Of a stretch of DNA of 64,000 nt, positions 1 through 11,756 are shown one piece after another. Positions within the stretch are counted from its first letter, which is position 1; every line of letters begins with the position of its first letter. The notes under the pieces are model-generated. The model worked only from the letters and a program-made list of their open reading frames with translations. It was not told the origin of the DNA and searched no databases. The position numbers and the translations under genes were made by a program. Source of the stretch: Lepidodermella squamata (taxonomy: Eukaryota > Animalia > Gastrotricha); assembly GCA_047495785.1 (NCBI GenBank), contig JBLDXI010000032.1:682001-746000 (forward strand), given 5' to 3'.

Positions 1-216
1 TGGTCTTGTGGCCATGTGGTCTCATTCATAAGAATTTACGCTAGTAAAACAACTAATAATCGTGACGTATCGGCGGAATGAATGAAAATCCTGAGTAAAA
101 TTAAAATAAATTTGTGAGTTTTCTGAGTTAAAATTGTTAATTATTTCTGAGTTCCGAAAAATAATTGGAAAAATACGTGGTCAGACTTTTCAGCAGTGAC
201 CTTCAGCAAATGAGGG

Positions 217-636
217 CAGTGACTTTGATTTGATATGATTTGATTTATTCAGTAAATCACAGGTCTTTGTCAATCAATCATTTCAAATCAAATCCCCAAA
301 AAATCGATAGTAAATCAATCAAATCAAATCTTTCGCATAGGGAAACATGAGTATCATGGTAAATTTCTGGGGATTCTTTCAAATTTCAAGCTTGGTTTTG
401 ACAGAATGAGTATGAAAGGGCGTGAATAGCTCGAGGCTTTGGAAAACAGCTGTTTTCAAGGCAAATGTGAGTTCTCATGTTTAGTAACAGGGGGGGAATT
501 CCGAGAGCTCTGATTTTTATAAATCAGCAGCAAATCAAGTGGGCTAAATTTAAATCAAATCAAATCATCCTGAAATTTTCTAAATCAAATCATCAAAAAA
601 TGGCCTAAATCAAATCAAATCAAATCAAAGTCTCTG
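217..636. mobile_element. hAT-type MITE nested in the MULE left arm
   Basis: TIR CAGTGACTTTGATTTGA / TCAAATCAAAGTCTCTG; 8-bp TSD AATGAGGG (209-216, 637-644); the duplicate at ~23005 has the empty site; AAATC subterminal repeats. Confidence 0.92.
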
Positions 637-879
637 AATGAGGGTCAAATAAGCAGTGACTTTCCATCAGTGACAAATGAGCAGTGACATTTGAGCTGCG
701 ACATTTGCGCAGTGACAAATCATCAGTGACAAGCCAGCAGTAATTTTTGATAATATATCCTAAATTTTTTAAAGTTATTATCTTTATCTCGTTGAAATTT
801 GCGCAGTGACATTTCAGCGGGGACATTTCACCAGCAGAACTTCAGCTGTATTTAGCAGGGACTATGCGCTGCATTGAAG

Positions 880-3110
880 TTGAGCTCAAAATCAATCAGA
901 TTCGTCGTTCGCCTCGTTAACTTGGTTCTCCTCGTTCCCTTCGTTTACTTCGTCTTTGTCGTCGATATGGTCGAAACTTTCAATTTCCATGTAAACCGAT
1001 GAAATTCGATGAAATTTCGGCCCTCCGAAGCATCAACCTCGAGTTCGGCACAGAAACGGCGACGATTGCACGGCAAATGCGAAAAATCTCGCGTTTCGAG
1101 CAAGACGCTTGAAGCACACCAAAGCATTTCAGCGCCAGTTTACGAGCTTCCTTCTTCACAGGTACCTTGAAAGATCATGCATCAAGTGATTTATGCAAAA
1201 GGTGACGAGAGTTCCGGAAGTTGGCAGGGTTTTGCCGTCTTTGTGAGCGTCAATAAACAGGCGGCTCAGGTTGATCACGTAACTTCGCAGATTTTTCTCA
1301 CAAAATGTAATCACCACGGCATGAAACTCTGCGAAACAGCAATCGATTACCACCACTCTCGGCATTTTCGCCGCCCTGTGAGCTCGTTCCACCGCCGATT
1401 TCCAGGTCGTTAAAAAACAGGGAAACATAATTTTTTATTTGCTGTCCAATTCAAAATCAATGAGTTCGAAAATATTCCATAGCTTAAAAAATGGGTCCAA
1501 AGATCACTCGCAAAACATCAGTAAAATTTAGGCTTGTTTTGGAGAATGTTCAGAAAATCAAGGTGAACTCGTAAATTAATAAAAGAAATACAGGTAACCG
1601 AGGGACACAAATATGAAGCCCCAATATTTTACCTGGAATTTTGCGAGCTCCCCTTGATTTTTTAAAAAAAGTTGGAGTGAGTGCCGGCATTTTTGGCCTT
1701 AAACTTGAATACAAGAGCCACACTCGATTTCAACAATGAAAAATCTTTCGGTTTACAAATTTGTCACGTCTTAGATACTTTTAGAAGGTACTTAAAAGGT
1801 AGGTCAATAGACAAAAATGCTGGATGTTTACCTTCAAAAAGAAAGCGATTCTGTCGCCAGTCTGCTCAGCAGAAATCAGCTCACCCACCGGGTAACCCAC
1901 AGGCTTGTCATCAACCGTTATAGGCAGAAATACGTGTAAAAAAACGCGCTTGCCCGTTTCATAGTCAAGTTTCCATATACCACCTGTCGCATCCAACACA
2001 CAAATGATGTATCCATGCTTGACTGCTTCAAAGAATAATTCAATTGACAAGCCGAAGTAAAGAACTAGACCCATCGGATAATCCTAATAGAATCAATATT
2101 AAAAGCTGCATATTCACAAGTTAATAGTTACTCACAATTGACTGTCGAATGTAAGGTTCTGGCATTTTGTTCATCCCGCAGTTTAATGAGATCAAAGCGG
2201 GGATCAGCATCGGCTCGACCAGCTATAAAACAGTTCTTGAATTCGTTTCATTTTATTCATAAAAATTAATTTTCAAACCCAAGTTTATCTTTTCAGACTG
2301 AATTTTCTGTAGTACGGACAGGTCTGGTACCTCTGTCGTGGGCATTTGAGCAAACATCTCGCCATGAAGCTTCTTCGCTGTAGTCTTTTTCAATTCTTCG
2401 GCCAATTTTTCGCGTTTGTTTCCGGAAATTTTCTCTACCCGTGGCTCTCCTTCATGATTGAAAACGCCTTAAACGTTCAATGATGATTTAGTTGGAAGAG
2501 GAAGTAAGAGATATAACAATACCAGCAACAACTTTCAGCTCGAATTTGAAGGAACCAGTTCCGGTATCGTCCAAATCGCAGCTGAATTCGAAACTTCGTC
2601 ACTTGGAATATTGGCATTCACCCTTGCCAGTCGCCATTCGAGTGCCCTCGGTGATGCTATGGCCATCGAAACTGATTGGGCATGTTGTTTCTGGCTTGGA
2701 AGCATCGCGTAGTAACTGCGCCCAGCCTTCCGGAAATTTTCATTCAAGTCGAGGCTTGCCATTTCTCAACGTTCCGTTTCTCTTCTGGACTGGGTTTAAT
2801 GCGCTTGAGAAAGGCACATTCACGCAGAAATGCTCATACTCCACCTGGTTGGTTTTCTCCAGCACTTCGAGATGCGAGCCTCCGCAGCCCTTTTTCCGCA
2901 TTTTATCCTTGTATCTTTCATACGCGCACTTCCTTTGATCCCAATCATTCGGCTTTTGCTGTTTTGTGCAGCCCACACTGAGTTGCTATCTCGCCCTAAT
3001 TAATACATAAGTGAAACCAAAGTAATGGGGAATTATTCAAGTGACTTACAAGATAAATTCAGCTCCTTCCAGTTGCTCAGTTCAGAAAGTATTTCTTCCT
3101 CAGATTTCAT
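880..3110 (-). pseudogene. Spliced MULE/NOF-like transposase remnant, C-terminus missing
   Basis: Fragments ICVLDATGG...YPVGELISAEQT...IAFFL (1781-2074) and PRVVVIDCCFAEFHAV...TFCINHLMH (1156-1428) match the first two DDE aspartates and the CxxH motif of MULE transposases; GT donors at the fragment ends. Confidence 0.72.
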
Positions 3111-4221
3111 ATTTTCGCATTATCGAGTTGGAAACGAGATGATGAACTCTGAGTTTCAGTTTCAACTTTTTGATGTGAGCAGCGCGCGCGATGCTAAATT
3201 CGCGCGCACACCATCACATTGGTGCCACCTTTCTTTGCACAGATGACCATTTTTCATTTTGACAAAACAAATGTTCGATCTTTCTAAATTTCTAAATTCA
3301 AATTTATTTGTCCATCAGTCACAAAAATAATTGTTGTAAGACCTCAAGCACCATTGCGCCTACATCCTATGTCCATATAATTTCAGATAATGTACTTGAC
3401 TATTGATGTACTCGTAAGTAGCCACTTAGACACGCCAGATACCCATTTAAACCTTTAGAGGCAATAAATGAAGAGCAACTTGAGCGTACTGTTCGCTCAT
3501 AAAATAACGAAAATGTCATTTTTAATTGCTGTTATATGGAAACAAGTATCCTAAAATGCGCTGCCAGATGGATACATCGAGAATATCACTTGGCAGACAC
3601 CATTCCGACAACAAAAGGTGGCCGTTTATGTTTTAAAAAATTGGGCCGCTCACTTGTCTACAAGAATTATTAAAATTAATACAAAAATGTGATTATAATG
3701 GAATATTTACTGACAAGGTGTCACTGATGAAATGTCACTGCTGAAAAGTCTGACCACGATAAAATAATTTTTTAATTCATCTAATTAATAAAAAATTAAA
3801 TTTTCAATTTTCAAAATTATCATTTTTAATTAAATGAATAAAAGATTAGTTGATAAAACGATGTTTATATTCCGGTATTACTATGCTACTAAAATAAATA
3901 AAAAGAAAATTTTCGAATAATTCAGAAGAAAGAAGAAGAAACTCATGTTTTATTGAAAAAAACACATATATGGCAGATAAATCCTAACTGCTTGCCCTAT
4001 GACACATGAAGTTGAGAACTAAGAATAGCTATTGTTTCTAGTTTATATATTGTATTATATCAAGGTGCTAATGAGCTAGTGTGCTACTTGTTATTATACA
4101 AGTGGTAATGTAAAATTCGGCACGAGTCCTTAAGTAGGTCCTTAGGTATATTTTTTGTCATTTGTTTTCAAAAGATAATTATTACCGGCAGCTTTGATTC
4201 TAGTTTATTCTAGTCTAAATA

Positions 4222-5402
4222 TTATTTCAAAAGTTCCATTAATTTTTCACGTGGTGGTACTTTGGTTAGGTTGTGCCGAATAACTAGCCCGATTGCCGGA
4301 GTAGCAGGAACAAGAAAACGTTTCCCACTCCGATACACCTCGCGCAAGACGTTATCAGGATCTGGACGCTCTATCTTCTGGCTCACCAACACTGCACTTG
4401 GAACATTCAGCGTCGCTTCGTCGAGCAGTTTCAATATTGTGTTCATCTGCTTATGTTTCACCCTTGCAGAACCAACGGTTTTGATTGCCTCGACAATTTG
4501 ATTTTCCAACGTCTCCCAAACGATATCTTCTAACATCTGCCTCCCTGCCTCAGTCAATTTGCCGTCGCGGTCTCTTTCCGCACGTGAATACTTCCGCACG
4601 ATTATCTTGTTTAGATGTGGGAAGCCTCCAAGCACTGACCATACTGCCAACTTCAAGCCTACAGCATCTAGATCAGCGAATAGAACCTGAAATTCAGGAA
4701 TCCCCCACAGTTGGCCTTGATCGTAAGGCTCAACATTTATCACATCCTGTCTCCCCGTTTCCAAAAGTCCAGGAGGAAGCGTGTTCGGAGGGCCATCCAC
4801 AATGACGTGAAGCCCATACTTTTCTGTTAGCAAACGAACGGCACCAGTAAGCTTTGCGTAAGGTTCCTTATCCTCAGGCGACCGTTCGCTAGCACGAATC
4901 ACAAGAAATGGCGATTTTCCCGTCAGGCGCTTGAATAGGTGAATGGCCCACAGAGCGCGATATTCGTCGGCAAATGGCACTATCGTTACAGCACGCAAAG
5001 CTTCAAAAAGGATAGTGTCATGGTCAGTACCTGCAGGAATCTGTATAAAGAAGAAAAATGACAACAAATGAGCTCCCGCACCAAAAAAATGTTACTTACA
5101 ACGCATTTAACTACTCCGCGTTTACAGCTTGTGAACGTGTCTATCAAACACGACTTCCCAACACCTATGGCTCCAGTAACAACGATGTAGCTTTGATGGC
5201 CCCAGGAGTAGTTTTGAAGCTGTTCAAGTTCTTTCGTCCTAATAGAGCGCGGACGCAGATCAGGAGACTTCATCAGCAGACCAAGTGTCGGCAGCGAAGA
5301 GAAGCCAGCTATTCCTACAACACTTCCAACAGCCCATTTGATAGATGGTCGCTGAAAGACTCGCGACACCGGTGTCCAATATTGTCGCAGTTTCTTAAGC
5401 AT
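4222..5402 (-). CDS. P-loop NTPase family protein, copy 1 (intact, 2 exons, ~373 aa)
   Basis: Exon 1 5402-5100 (101 codons, hydrophobic N-terminal segment, Walker A GAIGVGKS); GT-AG intron 5099-5041; exon 2 5040-4222 in frame (LHVIVDG acidic motif). Confidence 0.85.
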
Positions 5403-5850
5403 AACAGCTCTAAAGGAAGCAGAAATTAGATACAGAGAAATCCATTAATAAGAATGGAAGAAATCGCCTTTTAAAACACGATATTTTAGGAAAGTTATTG
5501 TGCAGTTTTGTTTTATTAAGATGTTATATTTTCGTGCAACGTTTCGGCCTCAAAATGGCCATCGTCAGGCAATATCTTAGAATTCGAAAATCAAGACGCA
5601 GATATTTTGCGTATCGACTTTCGAATTCAAATGATTCGAAAACTCCGAAAAATCAGAATATTAATATTATTAACTCAGAAACTCATAAATTCATTACATT
5701 AAACTAAGTAAACTCAGAAAGAATAATATTTAAAGTTTCTATATGCAGTGGGATGTGGTCAGCCTCAGATCAGCTCTGATGGGGCTTCATCAACTTCTCG
5801 TAATTCTGTCTCCACTTCTGAATCTGATGGGCCGCTGGCCGATTTCGGAA

Positions 5851-6645
5851 TTTATTTATTTATTTTTTTAGAAACTATGACATACCCAAGAGAGGGCAGC
5901 TTGACAATGTTTGAAGGAAAAGCAACAGATAATTCCAGGACAGGTTCAGATTTAGGACAGGAAAAGTGAACACAGTAAGAGGAAACAAAGGTTTAGACCA
6001 TTCATCGTTTTGATATGTAGCAGTGATCAGTCAAAAATTTGGATCAGTAGTACATAGTGTGTAAAAATAATGAAGATAATATTAAAACAAAATCTCAACA
6101 ACTTCATCAAGGCTATAATAAAAGGCAGTATCAGCTCATAATAGCATCACAACAGTAAAAAAACAGAGTGCAATCAATTTATTAAAGTGCTAAAATAGAG
6201 GCATTTTTGTTGTAGAAAAAAGCGTGAGCAATTGAACGGCATATGTCAGCTGACTCGGCCTGCCGTGCCTCAATAGGCAGTTCTTTCCACAGTTCGGGAA
6301 CTCTGTAACTCAGACTAAGCATTTCTCGTTTTGAGTCGCATTTCGGCTTGAACATAGGTTCGGAATTTCGAACCTCGTATCGGGGAGGCGGGTTCAGACA
6401 AAAAAGTTCTTGCATTGCAGCCGGTGCTTGCTTGTTAAGGCACTTCCATATGAAGGTGGCTAGGTGAATGGCGTGTTTTGTTCTACGTCAACCCAGCCAA
6501 GGCGATGTCGCAGTGGGTGAGCATCAGCAAACGGATGAGCGCCACAAATAACTCGAACTGCTCGGTCTTGCAGTTGAAAGACCGAGCCTGGCCAGTGTGG
6601 TCGGTGCAGCTTGGCCCAAAGTTAGGTCACCGTAATTCAAGTGAC
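5851..6645 (-). mobile_element. 5'-truncated L2/CR1-clade LINE (ORF2 C-terminus and 3' UTR)
   Basis: HLATFIWKCLNKQAP...LSYRVPELWKELP...RQAES is a typical ORF2 C-terminus; (TAAA)n tail at ~5851-5867; homologous to 13121-13300. Confidence 0.8.
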
Positions 6646-7886
6646 TAAATATCAAACCATTGGCCATTATTTCGGCCAGAATTTAGGTCGTAGTTGGCCA
6701 AGTATTCGGGCGAGTAGCGTTGCAACGAGGGCGGCTAAGGGCTACGATCATTTACTAAGGGTTGTGCAGGGGGTTTTGACCATGACGAATGATGATCTTC
6801 CGCCTCTTGACCATATGAACACCAAAATTTCATCCCCAAAAATAGGCGGATATGACGCGTGAAAAACAATATTTTTTAATGGCGACATGATCGCTCGCGA
6901 CCTGTATGCACGCGACGATAACGCCCTTGCCAAAAGCCATGAGTCGTGATGAGCCGTTACAAGGTACTCCAGATTCACCTTTTTAAATGCTCTGTACTCG
7001 ATACTGCCTGTGGGCCACTTAGCCACGTCAAGCTTCCAGTGTACCAGGCCCGGTCTTACCAAGAAAATCCAAGCCGTGTCATTGGTCAAGTTTGGTTGCA
7101 ACAAATCTATCTGTTTCCACCTCTGGTTAGAAGTTAGAATGCGGTATCTATATGCTGTTGTCGCCAGTGTTAAAATCACTACCTATAATGTCATAAATTA
7201 GCATTGTTCATAATTTAGACAAAGCGCTTCTGTCGCCGTTGGAAATGTCGCTAGCTAAATTGTCGCCTGAATTAACCAAAATGTGGCTAATTTGTCGCGG
7301 GCGGAAAAGGCGCTCACATTTTTGGGCTAGAATGTCTTTGGACGTCATTGTCGGGGCGCAAAGTGTACGGACGCAATAGTCGCGCACGGATTTGTCGCCA
7401 CACCTTAAAATATTTACAAAATTCATTTTATTGAGTTTTACGATTCTGAAATTTTGCTAAAAAGTAAAAATGATTTTAATTTTCTGAAATGTCTCTACTG
7501 AAAAGACGTAGATCCGTATAAGAAAGTAATAAAAAGAAAAAATGTATACTAACATAGAGATCGAACTTCGATCACATTGCTCGCTAATAACAAAAGTTGT
7601 AGTACAACTGAATGCGAATCGCTAATGGAAATGCTATAATTTCGTAGTGATTAGTTAAGCATAGTTGAGCATAGTTTAAGGAGATTTGGCAATTCGCGAG
7701 GTTTGCGTGGCAACGGGCGTTGAGGTCGCGGGCGTTAGGGTCCCGAGCTGAGGGGTCGCGACCTATTTTCAGATTCAAATTATTTTCTTCGCGTCATCAA
7801 CGCCCCAAAGTGATTATTCAGAAATTTGGAAAATAATTGTTACTTCTTGGCTGAAACGTCGTGGGCGGAATAGTCGCTGGCTGTAA

Positions 7887-8956
7887 CATTGTGCTTGAGC
7901 TAAATTGTCAAATTTCTGGGCGCGCGCTGATTGGTCAATCGATCGTTGCTATGACTCCCGGATGAAACATGTTGGTTGTGCGATCCATGAAATTTTTTGC
8001 AACAAGTGTTTTTGCCGCAGTAAATTGCTACGATTATTATAAGGTTTACGCTCGTGATCAATGGAAACCGTGCAGAGGGTGTGGCAAGCAGCGCCGGATT
8101 TTCCCAGTTGAAAAATTCACGGGGCCCTAGGCAAACTCCATCTTCGGGGGCCCCTATCCCCTATATTTGGTTGTTACAATTGAGTAGCTCGATTTACCGC
8201 TGGACCGAGTCAGGCTAATTTCGTTCGCTTTTTGTAATAAAAAATTTCTCCGCCGCTTTGGCGAAAATCTGCCGAGATAAACCAATTCGAGCGAAGCGAG
8301 CAAATTTTTAAGTTTTTCCTCTAAAAATAGTTGAACAATCTCGAAAAATAATGACCTAAAAATACATTTTGCCTTGAATTTTGGTCGTTAGCATTTCGAT
8401 TTCACATTAGTAACATGCATGAAAATTCACTGATCCGGCTCATTTGCCTACGTGTAAACTATGCTTGCATTCATTTATGTTCAGAATTTGGTTGAATAAT
8501 TTGCTGCATATGCTGCCTGCACTGGCGAGATTAGCAAATTTTGGTCAGAGAATTTGAAGCAGTGACGAAAAAGTATAAAAGTGCGAGCGAAGCGAGGAAA
8601 TTTTTTCAAAATGTTTGTCCAACAGCATTAACGAATGCCGAAAAATTGATCATTACTGGCGTTTTCACAAATCAAAATCAAAGCAAAAGGGTCCCCCCTG
8701 TGGAATTTTCCAACAATAGTCAGAAAATGTGGGGGCCCTTTGGATTTTGCTCCAAGAGCCGGAAAATCGCGGGGCCCTAAGGCAATTGCCTTGTTTGCCT
8801 AATGGAAAATCCGGCACTGGTGGCAAGGTCATTTTTGCATAAATAGAAAATAATTTATTAGTGGATCGCACGACTAAATTGTTTCATTCCGGAGTCATAG
8901 CAAAAATAAATTGACCAATCAGCGCGCGGGTCAAACATACTACTTGAAACACAATG
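7887..8956. mobile_element. CATTGTG-TIR MITE with 2-bp TSD (CMC/EnSpm-like)
   Basis: Termini CATTGTG / CACAATG; subterminal inverted repeat CGCGCGCTGATTGGTCAAT...GCTATGACTCC; TSD AA; same termini as 23202-23503. Confidence 0.78.
8089..8819. mobile_element. hAT-type MITE nested in the CATTGTG element
   Basis: TIR CAGCGCCGGATTTTCC / GGAAAATCCGGCACTG; 8-bp TSD GTGGCAAG (8081-8088, 8820-8827); GGGGCCC subterminal motifs. Confidence 0.92.
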
Positions 8957-9174
8957 AATTTCTTGGACGGAAAGGTAGGGACGCAGAGTTCCCCAGCGGA
9001 ATTGCCGGGACGGAAATATCACACAACCTTAAAAAATTAGTTGATATAACGACGTCTATATTCCGGTATTACTAAGCTACTAAAATAAATAAAATTAAAA
9101 TTTGAATTTTTTTTTGGTTTCCAAAAAATAATTATTTCCGGCAGCTTTGATTCTAGTTTATTCTAGTCTACATA

Positions 9175-10355
9175 TTATTTCAAAAGTTCCATTAATTTGT
9201 CTCGTGGTGGTACTTTGGTAAGGTTGTGCCGAATAACTAGCCCGATTGCCGGAGTAGCAGGAACAAGAAAACGTTTCCCACTCCGATACACCTCGCGCAA
9301 GACGTTATCAGGATCAGGACGCTCTATCTTCTGGCTCACCAACACTGCACTTGGAACATTCAGCGTCGCTTCGTCGAGCAGTTTCAATATTGTGTTCATC
9401 TGCTTATGTTTCACCCTTGCAGAAACAACGGTTTTGATTGCCTCGTCGATTTGATTTTCCAACGTCTCCCAAACGATATCTTCTAACATCTGCTTCCCTG
9501 CCTCAGTCAATTTGCCGTCGCGGTCTCTTTCCGCACGTGAATAGTTTGCGACAATATTCTCGTTTTGATGTGGGAAGCCTCCAAGCACTCACCATACTGC
9601 CAACTTCAAGCCTACAGCATCTAGATCAGCGAATAAAACATGAAATTCAGGAATCCCCCACAGTTGGCCTTGATCGTAAGGCTCAACATTTATCACATCC
9701 TGTCTCCCCGTTTCCAATAGTCCAGGAGGAAGCGTGTTCGGAGGGCCATCCACAATGACGTGAAGCCCATACTTTTCTGTTAGCAAACGAACGGCACCAG
9801 TAAGCTTTGCGTAAGGTTCCTTATCCTCAGGCGACCGTTCGCTAGCACGAATCACAAGAAATGGCGATTTTCCAGTCAGGCGCTTGAATAGGTGAATGGC
9901 CCACAGAGCGCGATATTCGTCGGCAAATGGCACTATCGTTACAGCACGCAAAGCTTCAAAAAGGATAGTGTCATTGTCAGTACCTGCAGGAATCTGTATA
10001 AAGAAGAAAAATGACAACAAATGAGCTCCCGCACCAAAAAAATGTTACTTACAACGCATTTAACTACTCCGCGTTTACAGCTTGTGAACGTGTCTATCAA
10101 ACACGACTTCCCAACACCTATGGCTCCAGTAACAACGATGTAGCGTTGATGGCCCCAGGAGTAGTTTTGAAGCTGTTCAAGTTCTTTCGTCCTAATAGAG
10201 CGCGGACGCAGATCAGGAGACTTCATCAGCAGACCAAGTGTCGGCAGTAAAGAAAAGCCAGCTATTCCTACAACACTTCCAACAGCCCATTTGATGGATG
10301 GTCGCTGAAAGACTCGCGACACCGGTATCCAATATTGTCGCAGTTTCTTAAGCAT
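9175..10355 (-). pseudogene. P-loop NTPase copy 2 with one premature stop
   Basis: Same exon structure as copy 1 (intron 10052-9994); TCA(Ser) changed to TGA at 9589-9591; otherwise in frame. Confidence 0.85.
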
Positions 10356-10536
10356 AACAGTTCTATCGGAAGCAGAAATTAGATGAGAATTAGATACAGA
10401 GAAATCCATTTATAAGATATAAGAATAGAAGAAATCGCCTTTTAAAACACGATATTTTAGCGAATTTGAAGCGGATTCTTTGCTGGTATAGCGATATCAT
10501 GGGAGATAATACTTCAAAAATAAGGCCAAGGAACCA

Positions 10537-10579
10537 TACACCGATGCGTTTCGGCTTTTATTGCCATCTTCAGGGTATA
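10537..10579 (-). ncRNA. Minimal type I hammerhead ribozyme (Penelope-like element type)
   Basis: Minus strand TATACC-CTGAAGA-T-GGC-AATAAAA-GCC-GAAA-CGCATC-GGTGTA: core CUGANGA and GAAA, stem II GGC/GCC, stem I UAUACC/GGUGUA, AUC cleavage triplet. Confidence 0.72.
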
Positions 10580-10752
10580 ACAAAGAAATTTTACAACATC
10601 TTAGTGGAACCAGTGAATCCACAATTATCTGATTGGTCGGGCGGTTTCAAGTCTGTGATTGGTTGGTTCAGAGCACGCGACACGCACCATTTAAATTTTT
10701 TTCTGCGATTGCATTTTCCATGATATAATAGAGTGTATTCGACTAAGAAGGC

Positions 10753-10825
10753 AGGACTGTGGCTCAGTGGACGAAGCATCTGATCAAGTATCAGAAGATT
10801 CCAGATTCGACTCTTGGCAGCTTCG
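10753..10825 (+). pseudogene. tRNA-Arg(ACG)-derived pseudogene
   Basis: TCTGA...TCAGAAGATTCCAGATTCGACTCTTGGCAG aligns with the eukaryotic tRNA-Arg-ACG body; anticodon loop and stems mutated. Confidence 0.72.
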
Positions 10826-10894
10826 AAATATTTTTAATCCAGAAGTAATACGAGTAAGGAAATCTAAAATTTAGTTGTACCCTACTCAGTCTCA

Positions 10895-10967
10895 GCCCGG
10901 TTAGCTCAGTCGGTAGAGCATGGGACTCTTAATCCCAGGGTCGTGGGTTTGAGCCCCACATCGGGCG
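10895..10967 (+). tRNA. tRNA-Lys(CTT), T-loop variant
   Basis: GCCCGGTTAGCTCAGTCGGTAGAGCATGGGACTCTTAATCCC...; B-box reads GTTTGA instead of GTTCGA, so possibly impaired. Confidence 0.85.
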
Positions 10968-11024
10968 GTTGTACACTTTTGGCCATTACGCTTAGTTTAG
11001 CTTTAAAATTGAGAAAAAAGCTAG

Positions 11025-11103
11025 CTCCTTGGCAGGGATTCGAACCCTGGTCTCCCGTGAGCAGTTAATCGCAGTTTCTGCGGTTCGAGTCTCCCGAAGG
11101 GCG
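11025..11103. pseudogene. Fused 3' halves of tRNA-Asp (minus) and tRNA-Asn-like (plus)
   Basis: Minus 11025-11059 reads CACGGGAGACCAGGGTTCGAATCCCTGCCAAGGAG (Asp 3' half); plus 11060-11103 reads GCAGTTAATCG...GGTTCGAGT (Asn-like). A deletion appears to have removed both 5' halves. Confidence 0.55.
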
Positions 11104-11178
11104 CTAGCTTTTCAAAAACTTACTGCTAGTTTTACGTCATATTTGAGAATGCCTTTTTTAATGTTGACTTGAATACAT

Positions 11179-11251
11179 CGGGGGTTAGCTCAAATGGCAG
11201 AGCGCTCGCTTAACATGCGAGAGGCAACGGGATCGGCACCCGTATCCTTTT
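11179..11251 (+). pseudogene. tRNA-Ala(AGC)-derived pseudogene (anticodon now AAC)
   Basis: TTAGCTCAAATGGCAGAGCGCTCGCTTAACATGCGAGAGG...GGGATCG is the Ala-AGC body; acceptor stem disrupted. Confidence 0.75.
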
Positions 11252-11460
11252 TAAAAGATTTTTTGCCACGAATCTTTTGCTTCAGCAGCTTAAATTTGGT
11301 ATTGAATGGCCATGAAAGCCGAAAGGGAAAATAGCTTAGTGATTAAGTGTCTGCTCAGTTAGCAGACGATTGAAGATTGAAGGTTCGATCCCCTAAGCCT
11401 TGCTCGATTTTTTGCGATAAGCAGTGAATTTTTGCAAAAACCTCATTTCGGAGCAAAACT

Positions 11461-11532
11461 TTCCCTGACCGGGAATCGAACCCGGGCCGCCGCGGTGAAA
11501 GCGCGGAATCCTAACCACTAGACCATCAGGGA
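11461..11532 (-). tRNA. tRNA-Glu(TTC)
   Basis: TCCCTGATGGTCTAGTGGTTAGGATTCCGCGCTTTCACCGCGG...GGTTCGATTCCCGGTCAGGGAA; complete cloverleaf. Confidence 0.95.
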
Positions 11533-11615
11533 TGTGTGAAGATAAATACTGAATGTGAAGATTATGCGATGAATTTTCAATAGCTTGTTGAAATTCAAAT
11601 GAAGAAAAACCTAGT

Positions 11616-11687
11616 GGGCCCGTTCGGGAATTGAACCCGAGACCTCTCGCACCCGAAGCGAGAATCATACCCCTAGACCAACGGGCC
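11616..11687 (-). tRNA. tRNA-Pro(CGG)
   Basis: GGCCCGTTGGTCTAGGGGTATGATTCTCGCTTCGGGTGCGAGAGG...; complete cloverleaf. Confidence 0.95.
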
Positions 11688-11756
11688 TGCGATAGAAAAC
11701 CCCCGTGGGCTTCTAACATGGCAATTAGGATAGGCCAATTACGGCGCAAAAAGGTA

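Larger units (their letters stand above)
176..3758 (-). mobile_element. MULE (Mutator)/Foldback-NOF-like DNA transposon, internally deleted
   Basis: Perfect 25-bp TIR CGTGGTCAGACTTTTCAGCAGTGAC at 176-200 and its reverse complement at 3734-3758; modular subterminal GCAGTGAC repeats; encloses transposase fragments. TSD not resolved (only ATA matches). Confidence 0.8.
6760..9028. mobile_element. Degenerate non-autonomous TIR element (MULE-like GG termini) with nested MITEs
   Basis: Inverted homology between 6845-6940 and 7700-7805; termini GGTTGTG / CACAACC; the right arm recurs at ~12100-12377 and ~20945-21008. Confidence 0.5.

Noticed and set aside
4262-5429. Recurring plus-strand ORFs opposite the NTPase copies
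   Set aside because: Antisense shadows that recur only because the DNA is duplicated.
9589-9591. In-frame TGA in NTPase copy 2 as selenocysteine or readthrough
   Set aside because: It replaces Ser (TCA), not Cys, by one substitution; no SECIS is evident and sibling copies are decaying.
11179-11251. Ala-body tRNA with a Val (AAC) anticodon as a mistranslating tRNA
   Set aside because: The acceptor stem and T arm are disrupted, so it is most simply a pseudogene.
11318-11402. Assigning an isotype to the tRNA-like remnant (TAGCTTAGT...GGTTCGATCCC)
   Set aside because: Too degenerate for a cloverleaf or anticodon.
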